DNA from: Naegleria gruberi
Taxonomy: Eukaryota
Reading direction: 5' to 3' (one strand)
Assembly: GCA_000004985.1 (NCBI GenBank)
Contig: GG738903.1
Length of the DNA: 64,000 nt
Shown one piece after another: positions 11,145 through 21,809 of this stretch. Within the stretch, counting starts at the first letter, position 1. The number at the start of each line of letters is the position of its first letter. A program made the position numbers and the translations under genes. Under the pieces are notes generated by a model, which saw nothing but the letters and a program-made list of their open reading frames with translations, was not told where the DNA came from and searched no databases.

Positions 11145-11978
11145 ATGACTGAAAATCATCAGGTGGAAATGGATGACTTGTTTTCATCGTCATCATCCGA
11201 TGATGAAGAATACAACAATACTACACTATCATCAACAACAAGAACAAAAAATCAAAAAGAAGAAAAGTCTGAAGATGAAGAAGAATTGGATTACATGGAC
11301 GATCAATTTATCAAATCCCTTGAATCCGTTGATCACGAAAGGCTTCCAAATATTCATCCATCAGAAGCCTTTCCGTCCAAGAAACTCTCCTTCCGAAATG
11401 TTCCTCTCGAATTGATTCAAGCCTACAACACGGCTCGAGAGGAGAAACAATTTAAAAAGGCTCATCATTTGAAGAAACAAATTCGTGATTATAACATCAA
11501 GGAGGAAATGTTGGAAAAGGCAAAATTGTCTCTTTCAAAGAGTTTGATTGTACAGGAGGAGGAAAAGGAAGCTGGAAAACAATCGGTTGGACTCAAATTG
11601 TTGAAAAGAATGGGATTTGAGCAAGGATCTGGATTGGGAAAGAATAATCAGGGAAGTGTTGCTCCAATTAGTATTGATAAACAGTTGGATTACTTGATGG
11701 AGAGTATGGATTCAAAGATGAAGAAACCAATTATTGGACTTGATGAAGTGCAAGTAATGAAGAGAGACGAGATTGAGAAATTTAAAAGTGAAATGGAACA
11801 AAAGCAAGAAAAAAAAGCTCCCCTCACTGAGGAGGAATTTACCAAAATTATGAGGGAAAAACATAAGGAACAAAAGAAGAAACGTAAAATTAGAATGGCT
11901 TTGACTGAGGATGCTGCTGAGGCAGTTGCTAAAAAGGTAAAACAAGATGAAGAATGGGAAGAGTTTGAGGATTTTTAA
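11145..11978 (+). CDS. G-patch domain protein with acidic N-terminus and Lys/Glu-rich C-terminus
   Basis: AAAAATG start at 11145; the track ORF begins earlier at a non-ATG codon. G-patch motif GLKLLKRMGFEQGSGLGKNNQGSVAPISI. Confidence 0.75.
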   Translation: MTENHQVEMDDLFSSSSSDDEEYNNTTLSSTTRTKNQKEEKSEDEEELDYMDDQFIKSLESVDHERLPNIHPSEAFPSKKLSFRNVPLELIQAYNTAREEKQFKKAHHLKKQIRDYNIKEEMLEKAKLSLSKSLIVQEEEKEAGKQSVGLKLLKRMGFEQGSGLGKNNQGSVAPISIDKQLDYLMESMDSKMKKPIIGLDEVQVMKRDEIEKFKSEMEQKQEKKAPLTEEEFTKIMREKHKEQKKKRKIRMALTEDAAEAVAKKVKQDEEWEEFEDF

Positions 11979-12087
11979 ATATTGTGCTGAAAACTTCCTT
12001 TCAACTTCCCTTCAAAATTAACTATTTTGAAATAGATGAAAATAATGGAAGAAATATTTGAAAAAGCGCCCAAATTAGAATTGTTTA

Positions 12088-13947
12088 TCAGAGCTTGAAC
12101 AGCTTGGAATTGAGAAAGGCAGTAGCTGACCTTCTTTTTTCATTGAACGATTGTGTTAGGGATTGACGAAGTGAGAGTCTACGATTGGCTCGTTGCCTAT
12201 CAGAAGCAACATCAATATTAGCAACGGAGTCACCTCTTCCAAAGAGAGCTCCACTAGCTTCTGGTGTAACAATCGTTTGTTCTCCATTCTTATCCGTAAA
12301 TATAATATTCGAAAGATTCACACTACTCCTCTTTTGATTCTTGATATAATCTGAAGATCCCTGTAGATCTGTCCCACAAATTACTGAAGTCAATGTCATT
12401 GAAGCTCTCTTATTATTCAGAAAACCAGAAGAGGAAGCTGACAATTTTGCAGATCCTCTCGGAATCACCACATCAATATTTTGTAAATGTTCAAAATTTT
12501 CATAAATTGCATTCAGTGACTTTCGTTTTCTATCTTGTTCTTCCTCCTCAATTTCATCCCAATATTTAGTTGGTGGTTCTTGATTCAAATCATTTTCCTC
12601 ATTCTGTGGTGTTTGTGACTCAAATTTACGAATCTCCTCCCGCAATGAATCAATATCTCCTCCCTTAATATCACTCACACTAGTTCTGCTCTTTCGTTTC
12701 GAATTGTTGTTTTGATTTGGAGGAGGTGGTGGTGAATTATTCTCAGAATCTTGTGTTGGACTTTTTGGTGAAATAAACCATGGCAATGATCGTGTCGATC
12801 TGTGAGTGGCACCTGTCACTGTAGAAGCATCACTGTTGACTTCTGTAGATACTGGAATGGCTGTTGGGAGAGGTGAATTCTTAGGTGTGGAATGAGCTGA
12901 TAAAGCACCACCAGATGGTGAGTTAACATTCGAAACTTGTTTCAATTTGAGTGGTGGAATGTTCCTAGATGATGAATTGTTAATATTTGGTGAATTATTT
13001 ACAAGGGTATCGATCAATAATGGTGAAGAATCATTAGAATCAGGAGGATTCAATTCTTTAGAGCTCTGAACTGCCAAATTGTTTCGTCTAGTTTCCACAA
13101 AATCATCACTTATTAAATGTTTCAAATGTGAAATGGATGCATCGACAGAATCTGATAAACCAATAGACGAATCCTTGACATATCGAGGTGTAATTAAGGG
13201 CTGTGAAAAATCAATCTTTTCCTCTTCCAAATATTTAGGTATCGAAGGTTGAATATTCGAAACTGAACTTGCACTTCTTTTAGTTTCCTTTTCATTATTC
13301 GAATGATTAATAATCGAATTTTTCTTATTCTTATAATTGGTAATTGCTTGAAATGCAGAAGGTGATGCCTTTCTTTCTTTTTTCACATTATTCGAAAGTC
13401 CATCAACATCAATTGCTGGACTAGTCGCCGAAATGACATCCATTGTTATTCCACTAATATATTCATCAAATATTGAAGATCTAGGACCTGTCAGAGATGA
13501 CGAATGACTGTTAATATCCAAAGATGAAGGTTTCTCGAAAATATTCGAATCAATATTCGAATGTTGTAAATGTTGAGGTGGAGTATTTAATAGAAACCAA
13601 AACTTTTCAGTTGCTGGAGAATCCATTTTAGGTGTTGGTGTTCCAATCTTTAAATTTGTGGGTAAACTCTTTCGTTTTGATGAAGAAGAAGAATTATTCG
13701 AATCTGTACGAAAGGTTTCTTTTTGTTGATTAAATTGAAGTTTATCCAGAGAGAGTGATGGTGTGGTTTCTGGGCTCTTATTTCCTTGTTGTTGTTCCGA
13801 AAGTTGTGTTTCGTTTCCGTTAGACGAATCTTCTTTCATTGAATGCCTTTTATTCGAACCATGTTTATTTCCACCTCCTCCAACATTTTCTCCAATAAAA
13901 CTATTTGCTCTCCTATGAGAATGTTTATTTCCCATTATTTCTGTCAC
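12088..13947 (-). CDS. Ser/Asn/Pro-rich low-complexity protein, unknown function
   Basis: 619-codon ORF that is mostly low complexity. The sequence MTEIMGNKHSHRR contains MGNKHS, an N-myristoylation-type context if translation starts at the second Met. No domain recognised. Confidence 0.5.
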   Translation of the reverse strand: MTEIMGNKHSHRRANSFIGENVGGGGNKHGSNKRHSMKEDSSNGNETQLSEQQQGNKSPETTPSLSLDKLQFNQQKETFRTDSNNSSSSSKRKSLPTNLKIGTPTPKMDSPATEKFWFLLNTPPQHLQHSNIDSNIFEKPSSLDINSHSSSLTGPRSSIFDEYISGITMDVISATSPAIDVDGLSNNVKKERKASPSAFQAITNYKNKKNSIINHSNNEKETKRSASSVSNIQPSIPKYLEEEKIDFSQPLITPRYVKDSSIGLSDSVDASISHLKHLISDDFVETRRNNLAVQSSKELNPPDSNDSSPLLIDTLVNNSPNINNSSSRNIPPLKLKQVSNVNSPSGGALSAHSTPKNSPLPTAIPVSTEVNSDASTVTGATHRSTRSLPWFISPKSPTQDSENNSPPPPPNQNNNSKRKSRTSVSDIKGGDIDSLREEIRKFESQTPQNEENDLNQEPPTKYWDEIEEEEQDRKRKSLNAIYENFEHLQNIDVVIPRGSAKLSASSSGFLNNKRASMTLTSVICGTDLQGSSDYIKNQKRSSVNLSNIIFTDKNGEQTIVTPEASGALFGRGDSVANIDVASDRQRANRRLSLRQSLTQSFNEKRRSATAFLNSKLFKL

Positions 13948-14591
13948 TTGACAGTTATTGATGTCAAAATGTTAACAAGAATCTTGCTTTCGAATATAAA
14001 AATTAAAAAACACAACGAGAGTGTTATTGTTAATTAGTTTGTTTGTATTTTTTTCTATTTGGTGCACATTTTCGTAAATTGACTTTTGGCATTTTGTTTG
14101 ATGTCTTGACATGCTCGATTATTTTAGGATGTCAACCAAATTTACTTAGTAAAGTGCATGACAAGATGAAGCACTTTTGTAGCTCTCACCCGCTTCAGTT
14201 TTTGTGTATGGTATTTATTTGCTAAGAGAACTAAATGAGGTTTATTTTGGAGGATCAAAGTTTCTGATAGAAGAATCTAAAAGAAGGTTTTCTTGTATGA
14301 TAGTGTGCTCATGTGTAGTATAGTGTAGTAAGAAATAAAGAGTTAGAAGGTTTCTAATAATGTTATAAGAAATTTACATTCTTGAGCATGTTAACAACAT
14401 ATAGATTGATTGCCTTGCTGTGTATTTGCTCCAATTGACCTATTCCTTCATCACTTACTTTATAACTCAAATCCAAACTGGTCAACTGATCTATTCCAGA
14501 AAAAATTATTTTCAATTTTGTTATTGTAAATATTGAGAAATTTCAAGTTTTTCAAGTTGCTGATTAACTGTTGCTTGTTGTAATAATATTT

Positions 14592-15800
14592 TTATAATTG
14601 AGAGATGGCTGATTCTTGAGGTTTTGATAAGGAAAATATGCTAATTTTGTCCCAAAGTGGAATTTCAGTGAAAATTTCTGATTGGTCAACTAGGATTGGT
14701 ATTCCACTAGTGTTTGATTTGGTTTCACTATTCACATATTCTCTAAAGTCTTCCTTTCTAATAATCTGATCTGAATTCAACGCAGATTGAGAAATGTCAT
14801 CTCGTTTCTGAATAATTTCGACACTTGTCACAGATTGTGAGCTAGCGCTGTTAAATTCAATCAATACAAAGTCCAAAGGACCAAATGAAAATGTTACAAT
14901 AATGCAAAATAAGAGGAGGGATATTTTGTGGATGAATAAACAAATAGGATAAAGTGGAATATAGTAAGCGAAAGCAAATCCTCCAAAACTCATTGAAATT
15001 AAGTTGAGAAGAGCCATGTAGAGTTGACCAAATGTTAGTAGGAGCATTTTACGACATGATTTTCTTCTCTGATCGGTTACTGGAAACTTTTGATTGAGAA
15101 TTAGCTTTCTAATTAGTAAAACAACAATTACCATATTTAGTATGGGAAAGAAGATGGTTGCCAAACAAATGATTGAAATGTAAAATCCGAAAATAACCCT
15201 TGAAATGTTGGACATGATGGTAAAACCTTCAGAATCTATCCATTTCCTTTCGGTGTCATAATATTTGAAAAGACTATAGGTTATTACTAATGGTATTACA
15301 ATTACAATAATCAAGTTGACTATTACAATAAGTGTAATACTTGTTATTTTGATAAAATCTCTCAGCCTCTGATTACCCTTATTCATTCTCATCCACTCAT
15401 GTGATTTGTTAAAATACAATCCATACAAAATTTTTGTAACAACACCAAGGCAATTGGTGCACATTACAATTGACAAGAAAAAAAGCGACTGTTCCAATGA
15501 CGCGCTAATTACTATAAGAATTTCTCCAAAATCTACAAGAATTGAAGTACCAGTCACTATCCCCACTATCTGGAACACTTCTTCCAAAGCAAAAACCAAT
15601 AAAACCATTGAATATAGCAATTTCTTATTGTAAACCATTTTTTTGTAATTCATAATGAAAATGACAAACATAAATACAGAGCAACTGGAAAATATGATGA
15701 ATCCGATACCATTCAATGGTATTCCAATGCTTGATGTCACTATATCTTCCATAGGAATCGTTGAATTGCTGCTCAGAGTTGCAAAAACGTCATTTGCCAT
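14592..15800 (-). CDS. Lineage-specific 7TM receptor-like protein, array member 1
   Basis: 402 codons. Seven predicted hydrophobic helices with the N-terminus outside (N-glyco sequon NST). Family motifs are shared with 17028-18128, 18277-19394 and 21810-23207: WMR after TM3, TDQ[RK]RK.CRK in loop 3, FGQ in TM6, and SFGPLD after TM7. Confidence 0.75.
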   Translation of the reverse strand: MANDVFATLSSNSTIPMEDIVTSSIGIPLNGIGFIIFSSCSVFMFVIFIMNYKKMVYNKKLLYSMVLLVFALEEVFQIVGIVTGTSILVDFGEILIVISASLEQSLFFLSIVMCTNCLGVVTKILYGLYFNKSHEWMRMNKGNQRLRDFIKITSITLIVIVNLIIVIVIPLVITYSLFKYYDTERKWIDSEGFTIMSNISRVIFGFYISIICLATIFFPILNMVIVVLLIRKLILNQKFPVTDQRRKSCRKMLLLTFGQLYMALLNLISMSFGGFAFAYYIPLYPICLFIHKISLLLFCIIVTFSFGPLDFVLIEFNSASSQSVTSVEIIQKRDDISQSALNSDQIIRKEDFREYVNSETKSNTSGIPILVDQSEIFTEIPLWDKISIFSLSKPQESAISQL

Positions 15801-16312
15801 TTTTTTTTTGATATGACTTATCTCTGTAAATGCAGATACTCGTTCTGACCTGCCATGCAGACATTTGCTTTCTGGAATGGTGTTGTCATTTCTAATTTAA
15901 TAAAAGAGATACATCACCATTAAAAGAGGTACCATATGTCCTCAAAACAGTGCACATCAAATGGTTGAGTGAAGATTCTCAATAAAGACTTGACAGCCAG
16001 AGGTTTTGAATTCTCAGTTGACCAAAACATTCAATCAAAGAGATATGAAACACGAAAAAATGTCCGATGATGATGATAAGGATGATGATAAGGAGAATCG
16101 GGAGGGATGTAGTTTGTGTGTTAGTAGCAAAAAGAGGAGCAATACAAACACAGAGTCACCACCACCCACTGAATCAATGGAAAGGTTTACTCAAAGGTGA
16201 AACTAACTCTTGGAAGGTGTTTTGTAAAGAATCTGATGAGAATAGTATGGATTTTTTAATTTGTTATCTTGACTTTTTAACTTTGTAACTCCTTAATAGC
16301 AGACATGGTCTA

Positions 16313-16863
16313 GTGTTATTGGAAGGTCAACAAGTTTCGACTATTTTCGATTCAGCTGAGGTCATACGGCTGATTTGTGATTTATTAGTGCAACTTGCAA
16401 AATTAAAGAACCAGCGAATCATTCACATCGATTTAAAGCCAAATAATATAGTGAAATATGGTGGCCATTATTTTATAACTGATTACGGATTGTCAATTTG
16501 TTATCATTCATTGGATGGAGAGGTTTGCAGGGATGAGACTAATGAAATTATCAAATCAACAGCAGGCTCTCTTTTTTATGAATCACCTGAGAAGGAGGAG
16601 GGTTTATATCTCCGAAAAGTGATATATTCTCATTGGGATGCACTATTGATGAGATAATCAACTATTCCAAAGATAATAATTCTACTAATGGAAATCAATT
16701 TAATAACAATGTAATAGAACTTATTTCGCATATGAAAGACCCATCGATTAAGACTAGATGGTCAATTGAACAATGTGTTACACTCCTGAAATCTCAATAC
16801 AAAACAGAGCTAAAGACAAGTGTTGATCTTTTCTTGCAAAAGGAAAAGTATGTTAAACGATAA
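16313..16863 (+). pseudogene. Protein kinase catalytic-domain fragment (C-lobe only), frameshifted
   Basis: Subdomains VIb to XI are present: IIHIDLKPNNIV, FITDYGLS (DFG-like), GSLFYESPE (APE), then in another frame SDIFSLGCTIDEII (subdomain IX) and KDPSIKTRWSIEQCV. A one-nucleotide frame change lies between APE and subdomain IX (about 16605-16615). No Gly-loop, VAIK or Glu motifs are found in the 300 bp upstream; the reading frames 16006-16290 are unrelated low-complexity sequence. Confidence 0.55.
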
Positions 16864-17027
16864 CAATTGTTCGGACGATTCATTGTTCTATTAAGCACTA
16901 TAGGTTTCAATAAACCAAAAAATATGACTCAATTACTACTATTTAGATGGTGGTTTCAACATGTCTATATCTTGGAATCGTCATTTGTAGGTAGTAAAGT
17001 AATTGTCCCTATATATGGAGAGATAGG

Positions 17028-18128
17028 TTACACTTTATTTGGGTCAATTGTTTCGTTTGTTTCGTCTTTTTCCACCACAATTTCTGAAACTACCTTAGTA
17101 GAAACATTTGCTTTCACATCCCTTTCCTCAATCTCAATCTTATTCATTGATTTCCTTTTTACAATATTTGCCAATTGATGTCCAAATTCAGAAACATTAT
17201 CCAGTGGTCCAAAAGAAAAGTTTACAACAATACAAAAAATGAAAATTGATGATCTGTGAATTAAAATTGAAATTACACTGAGTGGCATGACAGCACTAGC
17301 AACTCCGGCAGTAATGACACCCACTGCATTCATCATAGACATTATAACTTGACCAAAGTTCAGAATTAGCAAGTTTCGGCAGACTTTCCTTTTTTGGTCG
17401 GTTATGACACTTTGATTTTGACCAAGTAGCTTTCTAATCAACAAGACGGTGATTGTAAAGTTGAGAATTGACAAATAAAAGAATGCTGCAGATATTACAC
17501 TTCCAAGAGTTGGATGAAATATTTTTGTAAACTGTTGTATAGTAAGAACTTGACTCAAGCTCAGAATTTTCCTTCCCGGATCAATAAAAGTCAATAATGA
17601 TGAGATAAACGCATAGGGCATGCTCAAAATCAACAGCAAATTGAAAAATGCAACAATTCCAATCGTTGAAATAAGCACCACTTTCTTACCAATCGAATGA
17701 AGTTTCGAATTTCTCATCCAAGTTTGATTTTCATTAAAATACACTGCATAAAGTACTTTCGTTATAACAGCCTGACAATCCAAACATAATGTCAAGCTCA
17801 ATAAATATCCAGCAAACTCAAATCCAAGAAAAGTTCCGGTCAACCCAAGTGGACCAACAAGCAGAGCTGAAGTATACCCAATTAAACCACATAATTGATA
17901 AATCTGCTGATTTAAACAGGTAAATATCAAGAGTAGGTACATTAATCTCTTGTTTTTCACCATTTTCTTCCATTTATAGATTAGTAGAATCGTCATGGAA
18001 AGTAGAAGAAACAAGAAGAATAAAGCTCCGAGAGAATTGAGAGTAATGATGGAAATAAAGGTGCCAAGATAATCTGATTTGGCTGTAGGTGAGGCAGATG
18101 TTGTAGAGTTGGTCAATGTCGAGTTCAT
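17028..18128 (-). CDS. Lineage-specific 7TM receptor-like protein, array member 2
   Basis: 366 codons, 7 TM. Same family motifs: WMRNSK, TDQKRKVCRNLLILNFGQ, NFSFGPLDNVSEFGHQLANIVKRK. Confidence 0.75.
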   Translation of the reverse strand: MNSTLTNSTTSASPTAKSDYLGTFISIITLNSLGALFFLFLLLSMTILLIYKWKKMVKNKRLMYLLLIFTCLNQQIYQLCGLIGYTSALLVGPLGLTGTFLGFEFAGYLLSLTLCLDCQAVITKVLYAVYFNENQTWMRNSKLHSIGKKVVLISTIGIVAFFNLLLILSMPYAFISSLLTFIDPGRKILSLSQVLTIQQFTKIFHPTLGSVISAAFFYLSILNFTITVLLIRKLLGQNQSVITDQKRKVCRNLLILNFGQVIMSMMNAVGVITAGVASAVMPLSVISILIHRSSIFIFCIVVNFSFGPLDNVSEFGHQLANIVKRKSMNKIEIEERDVKANVSTKVVSEIVVEKDETNETIDPNKV

Positions 18129-18276
18129 TCTTTTTTTTTGATGTCTTGAAATGTCAAACTGTCAAGAGATAATTTAGAGACGAATCTAAAAACAAATTGG
18201 GAGAGACATTGTCATTTTCAGTTTTTCATTAGTTTTCATTCAATTTTCGCGAAATAGATACATATTTGTAGAAATC

Positions 18277-19394
18277 TTAAACTTTATTTTCTGATTCCTT
18301 ATTCGAAAGCTCTGCCTCCTTATCCTTAATATGAACATCAGTCTTAATAGAAAGAGATCTCCTCTTCACAACATTTGCCAACTGCTCACCCAATTCTGAA
18401 ACATCATCCAATGGTCCAAAAGAAAAGTTTACAAAAATACAAAAAAGGAAAATCGAAATTCTATGAGAAGCCAATCCAATCACAAATAAAACAAGAGGAA
18501 TTACAGTAGCCACTCCCATTATTATAATTCCAATGATATTGAGCAGTGCCATTAACACTTGTCCAATGCTTAAAATTATTAACTTTCTGCAACATTTCCT
18601 TTTTTGGTCAGTTATGATACTTTGACAAAGATAGAGTTTTCTGATTAGTGAAATTGAGAGAGAAAGATTAAGCACGCAAAAATATAGGAAGGAAAGTGAA
18701 ATGAGAGCTCCCAAAACTGGATGGAAAATTCCAGTAAATTGGCGAAGTGAGCTACTTTGAGATGGAGTGAGAATATCAACTTTGACAATTATGGAAAATA
18801 TAAAGGCGAAGGGGATGCTTAGTACTAATTGTAAATTAAAGATTGTTACTATGAAATACTTGTAAACTTTACAAAATTTCTAAATATGGAATTTTCTTTT
18901 GAATTTCTCATCCATGTTTGTGATTCATTAAAATATACTCCAAAAAGAACTTTAGTAATAATCGCCTGACAATTCAATAATAATGTCAAGCTCAATAAAT
19001 ATCCAGCAAACTCAAATCCAAGAAAAGTTCCATTCAACTGAGGCGGACCTTTCAAGAATGAAGTTAAATATCCAACCAATCCACAAGTTTGATAAACAAA
19101 CTGATTCAAACATGTAATTATCAACGCTATCGACATGATTCTCTTATTTTTAACCATTCCTTTCCATTGAACTATCAAGAGAATGGTCATGAAAAGAACA
19201 AGAATGAAAAAGAGAAAACTTCCCACAGAATTCAAAGTAATGAGAGATATTACTTGGGCATTGTTAGTGGATGAAACTGTAGAGTTTTCTGTTGTGTTGG
19301 TAATGTTTGATATAATCGTCGAGTTGAATATCATCTTGTTTTTTTTTATATTTGAGTTTCGTATCTCTTTTGGATTCAATTGACCTATATACAA
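18277..19394 (-). pseudogene. 7TM receptor-like paralogue (array member 3) split by a 1-nt frameshift
   Basis: The N-terminal ORF 18849-19394 carries TM1-3 plus the WMRNSK motif. The C-terminal ORF 18277-18714 carries TDQKRKCCRK, FGQ and SFGPLD. The TM4 region between them reads through in a second frame (KYFIVTIFNLQLVLSIPFAF). One missing base near 18849-18852 (TTTCA-TAG versus expected TTTCAATAG) restores a continuous protein collinear with the paralogues. This is either a pseudogene or a draft-sequence error. Confidence 0.6.
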
Positions 19395-19539
19395 ATATCT
19401 CTAATTGGTTGAATATCAACAACAAGCGTGATCTTTCTTTACATGCAATGATGGAGTTGTTCTGTAATTCTAAATATCTTGTTCGGTCAATTTGTCAACC
19501 TGTCATATTAAATTATCTCTTTAAATCATAAACAATTTA

Positions 19540-19690
19540 ATCTTTTCAAATAGTTTTACATTCGGTATTAAAGTTTTCAATTCTTTCAATTCAACCTTAC
19601 TTTCGGCCACAATCTCAATCGAAGCAAATGTTTTAATTGTCTTGGCCAATTCAATGCCCAACTCTGAAACATTATCCAGAGGTCAATTGG
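19540..19690 (-). pseudogene. Relic 3-prime fragment of a further 7TM-family paralogue
   Basis: The minus strand encodes PLDNVSELGIELAKTIKTFASIEIVAESKVELKEL..., homologous to the post-TM7 tail (SFGPLDNVSEFGHQLANIVKRK) of the neighbours. The DNA is similar to 17161-17230 and 18361-18430. An in-frame TGA directly precedes it and a frame change lies upstream. It abuts the stop codon of the GT61 gene. Confidence 0.5.
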
Positions 19691-19707
19691 GTGTGATGCC
19701 AATAGAT

Positions 19708-21285
19708 TTACTTGGCTCTTGAATTTCTCAAAGTTGTTAAGAAAATACCAAATGTCTGAAGAAATGATTCTAGTTTGACAGTCAGATTATCTCCATTAAT
19801 AGCTTTCATATCCATGTTTGTCCATAGTGTATATTCATTCCCTTTCCATCTAGAATACTGTTCAAATGATCTCATACTTCGTGTCTTGTAAGTTTTCCAA
19901 ATTTCCAATAGTCCTGAAGTTCCATCTGGAAGAAACAAACTATTTGTCAATCCAAGATCATGATAACCAATAAGAAAATCAGCTTGATGAACTCGTTTCA
20001 CTTGCTCTACAAATGAAAACTTATTGAGATCAATTCGTTCTAAAGTAAAGGTATAACCATACTCTGGATGCTTTTTCAAATTGATTAAAACTTCATCTTC
20101 GTTTGTGATTTTTCCCGAGCTCACAAAAAGTCCTCTAATCATTTCATCTGATGATGAGAAAGAAGGTCTTCTCTTTTCTATTCCTAGAGTGCTTAGAATT
20201 CTATCTGAAAAGGCAGTTACGAGTCTAACTTTGGATTTGCATTGGCTTGGATCAAACTCTGAAAAATCTAACAAATTGGATTTGAGTTGAGTGGCCACTC
20301 CAGCATGTTGAAAGATGGCTCTTTCAAATCGAACTGTTTTTTCCTTGAAATAGGAAGCTTTTCTAGCAGGTCTCTTCAAGGAGAAGGTAGAATTCCACAA
20401 AAAGTCATATGGAGATTCGTAATGTTCATCCAACAATACAATTTGAACATTCTTACTATCCAATTTGAACATTTCAATCATTTGAAAAGTTGCAAAGAAA
20501 TCTGACAAGGCATGAAACAAATTGGCGTGATCATCTTGTTCTCTAGTAACGAAAATAGTCACTCCATCAATGTATTCAACCTTATCCTTCTTTTCCTTAA
20601 AATTTTCTTCCTTAAATGTTTTGAAACTTGAGAAAATTTCCTTTCCAAAGTGTTTTGAAAATTGAGAAAGATCCAAATTCACTGGATTTCTCTTACACTT
20701 GCCAAGAAGAGCTCCTGCCAAGTATGTGTAATAGGTTTTCCTTTTACAATTATAACCAGGTCTGTACTTTAAACATGGCACTCGTTTCAATTTTGAAAAA
20801 TCCATCACCAAATTACTTGATTCACAAACAGTGTGTGGAAATGTATCCGAATCAACATGTTTGTTATTGTTCTTGTAACATGTGAGAGTGGCTTGATTAG
20901 TTTCCATCTCCTTCTTCTTTTCCAAATCAATAAGACCAGAACTTGGAATGACATAATCGTCCTTTTCACACATTTCAATAGCTTGTTGCTTCCATGTTTG
21001 CAAAAGACCACATCCATACTCTCTTTCACACAATTCCTTCTGCTTTTCTTCTTCAGATAGGTTAACACTTGATGGTAGATTGTTCATTGAGATTGGTTTA
21101 GTACATATGAGTGGTGGAATCCTAGAAGGACGAAACTTTTCATCATCTGTTGAAACATCTTTCAAAGATGATGTTTCCTTAGAGTTTGTCGTTTCAATAG
21201 TTACTGAAAATTGCTCTCTCCTAGTTCCCTTCCCAACAGCAGTATTCACCAAACCAATAGTACGAGCATTCTCATGGATATTCAT
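19708..21285 (-). CDS. Glycosyltransferase family 61 (DUF563) EOGT/POMGNT2-like protein
   Basis: 525 codons. Conserved blocks HANLFHALSDFFATF and the C-terminal HQADFLIGYHDLGLTNSLFLPDGTSGLLEIW match the GT61 signature of O-GlcNAc and beta-1,4-GlcNAc/Xyl transferases. No N-terminal signal or TM in this ORF; an upstream exon is not excluded. Confidence 0.6.
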   Translation of the reverse strand: MNIHENARTIGLVNTAVGKGTRREQFSVTIETTNSKETSSLKDVSTDDEKFRPSRIPPLICTKPISMNNLPSSVNLSEEEKQKELCEREYGCGLLQTWKQQAIEMCEKDDYVIPSSGLIDLEKKKEMETNQATLTCYKNNNKHVDSDTFPHTVCESSNLVMDFSKLKRVPCLKYRPGYNCKRKTYYTYLAGALLGKCKRNPVNLDLSQFSKHFGKEIFSSFKTFKEENFKEKKDKVEYIDGVTIFVTREQDDHANLFHALSDFFATFQMIEMFKLDSKNVQIVLLDEHYESPYDFLWNSTFSLKRPARKASYFKEKTVRFERAIFQHAGVATQLKSNLLDFSEFDPSQCKSKVRLVTAFSDRILSTLGIEKRRPSFSSSDEMIRGLFVSSGKITNEDEVLINLKKHPEYGYTFTLERIDLNKFSFVEQVKRVHQADFLIGYHDLGLTNSLFLPDGTSGLLEIWKTYKTRSMRSFEQYSRWKGNEYTLWTNMDMKAINGDNLTVKLESFLQTFGIFLTTLRNSRAK

Positions 21286-21809
21286 GGATGGAAGTTCTTC
21301 ATGTTGTTCTTCTTGAAGAGTAGTAGTAGTAAGTAAATCCCCTCTACTCTACTCCATATATTATCCTCCGCACTAGAATCCACGAAAATATAATAAACAC
21401 CAAGCATATAACAAGATAAACCTTAATCAATCGTTTGATCTTGACTAAATTAAACAAACTCTTATTCATGATTGCTGCTAATTACACTAATATAACAAGT
21501 TACTCCTTCTTAATGTACAATGTGTGAGATTTAGCAATGAAATGCTCGCTTAGATGTTGTTGATTTTTTTTTCATTGAGTAAAATAATCAACGCTCTCTC
21601 ACGCTTAATTTGGCAACTGGTTGAATGACCCTAAAAGAATCTTTTTACCGACCCTTAGTTACTTGCTGAGAACATTGTTCGTGGAGCTGAGATTGGCGAG
21701 TATTAAGGCGCAACAACATTCATGTGGAAAGCTGATTGTGAGATTGCCAGTCAATGAGTTTTAAAGAGTGATGGTCCTGTTCTGGGTGTTGTTGATTGTT
21801 GTTGGGTTA

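Noticed and set aside
16867-17178. 103-aa plus-strand ORF
   Set aside because: It overlaps the 3-prime end of the 7TM gene 17028-18128 on the opposite strand and shows hydrophobic mirror-frame composition only.
21080-21316. 78-aa plus-strand ORF at the 5-prime end of the GT61 gene
   Set aside because: It is antisense to the GT61 start region. The upstream frame of the GT61 gene itself closes at a TAG a few codons before its ATG, so no extension is needed.
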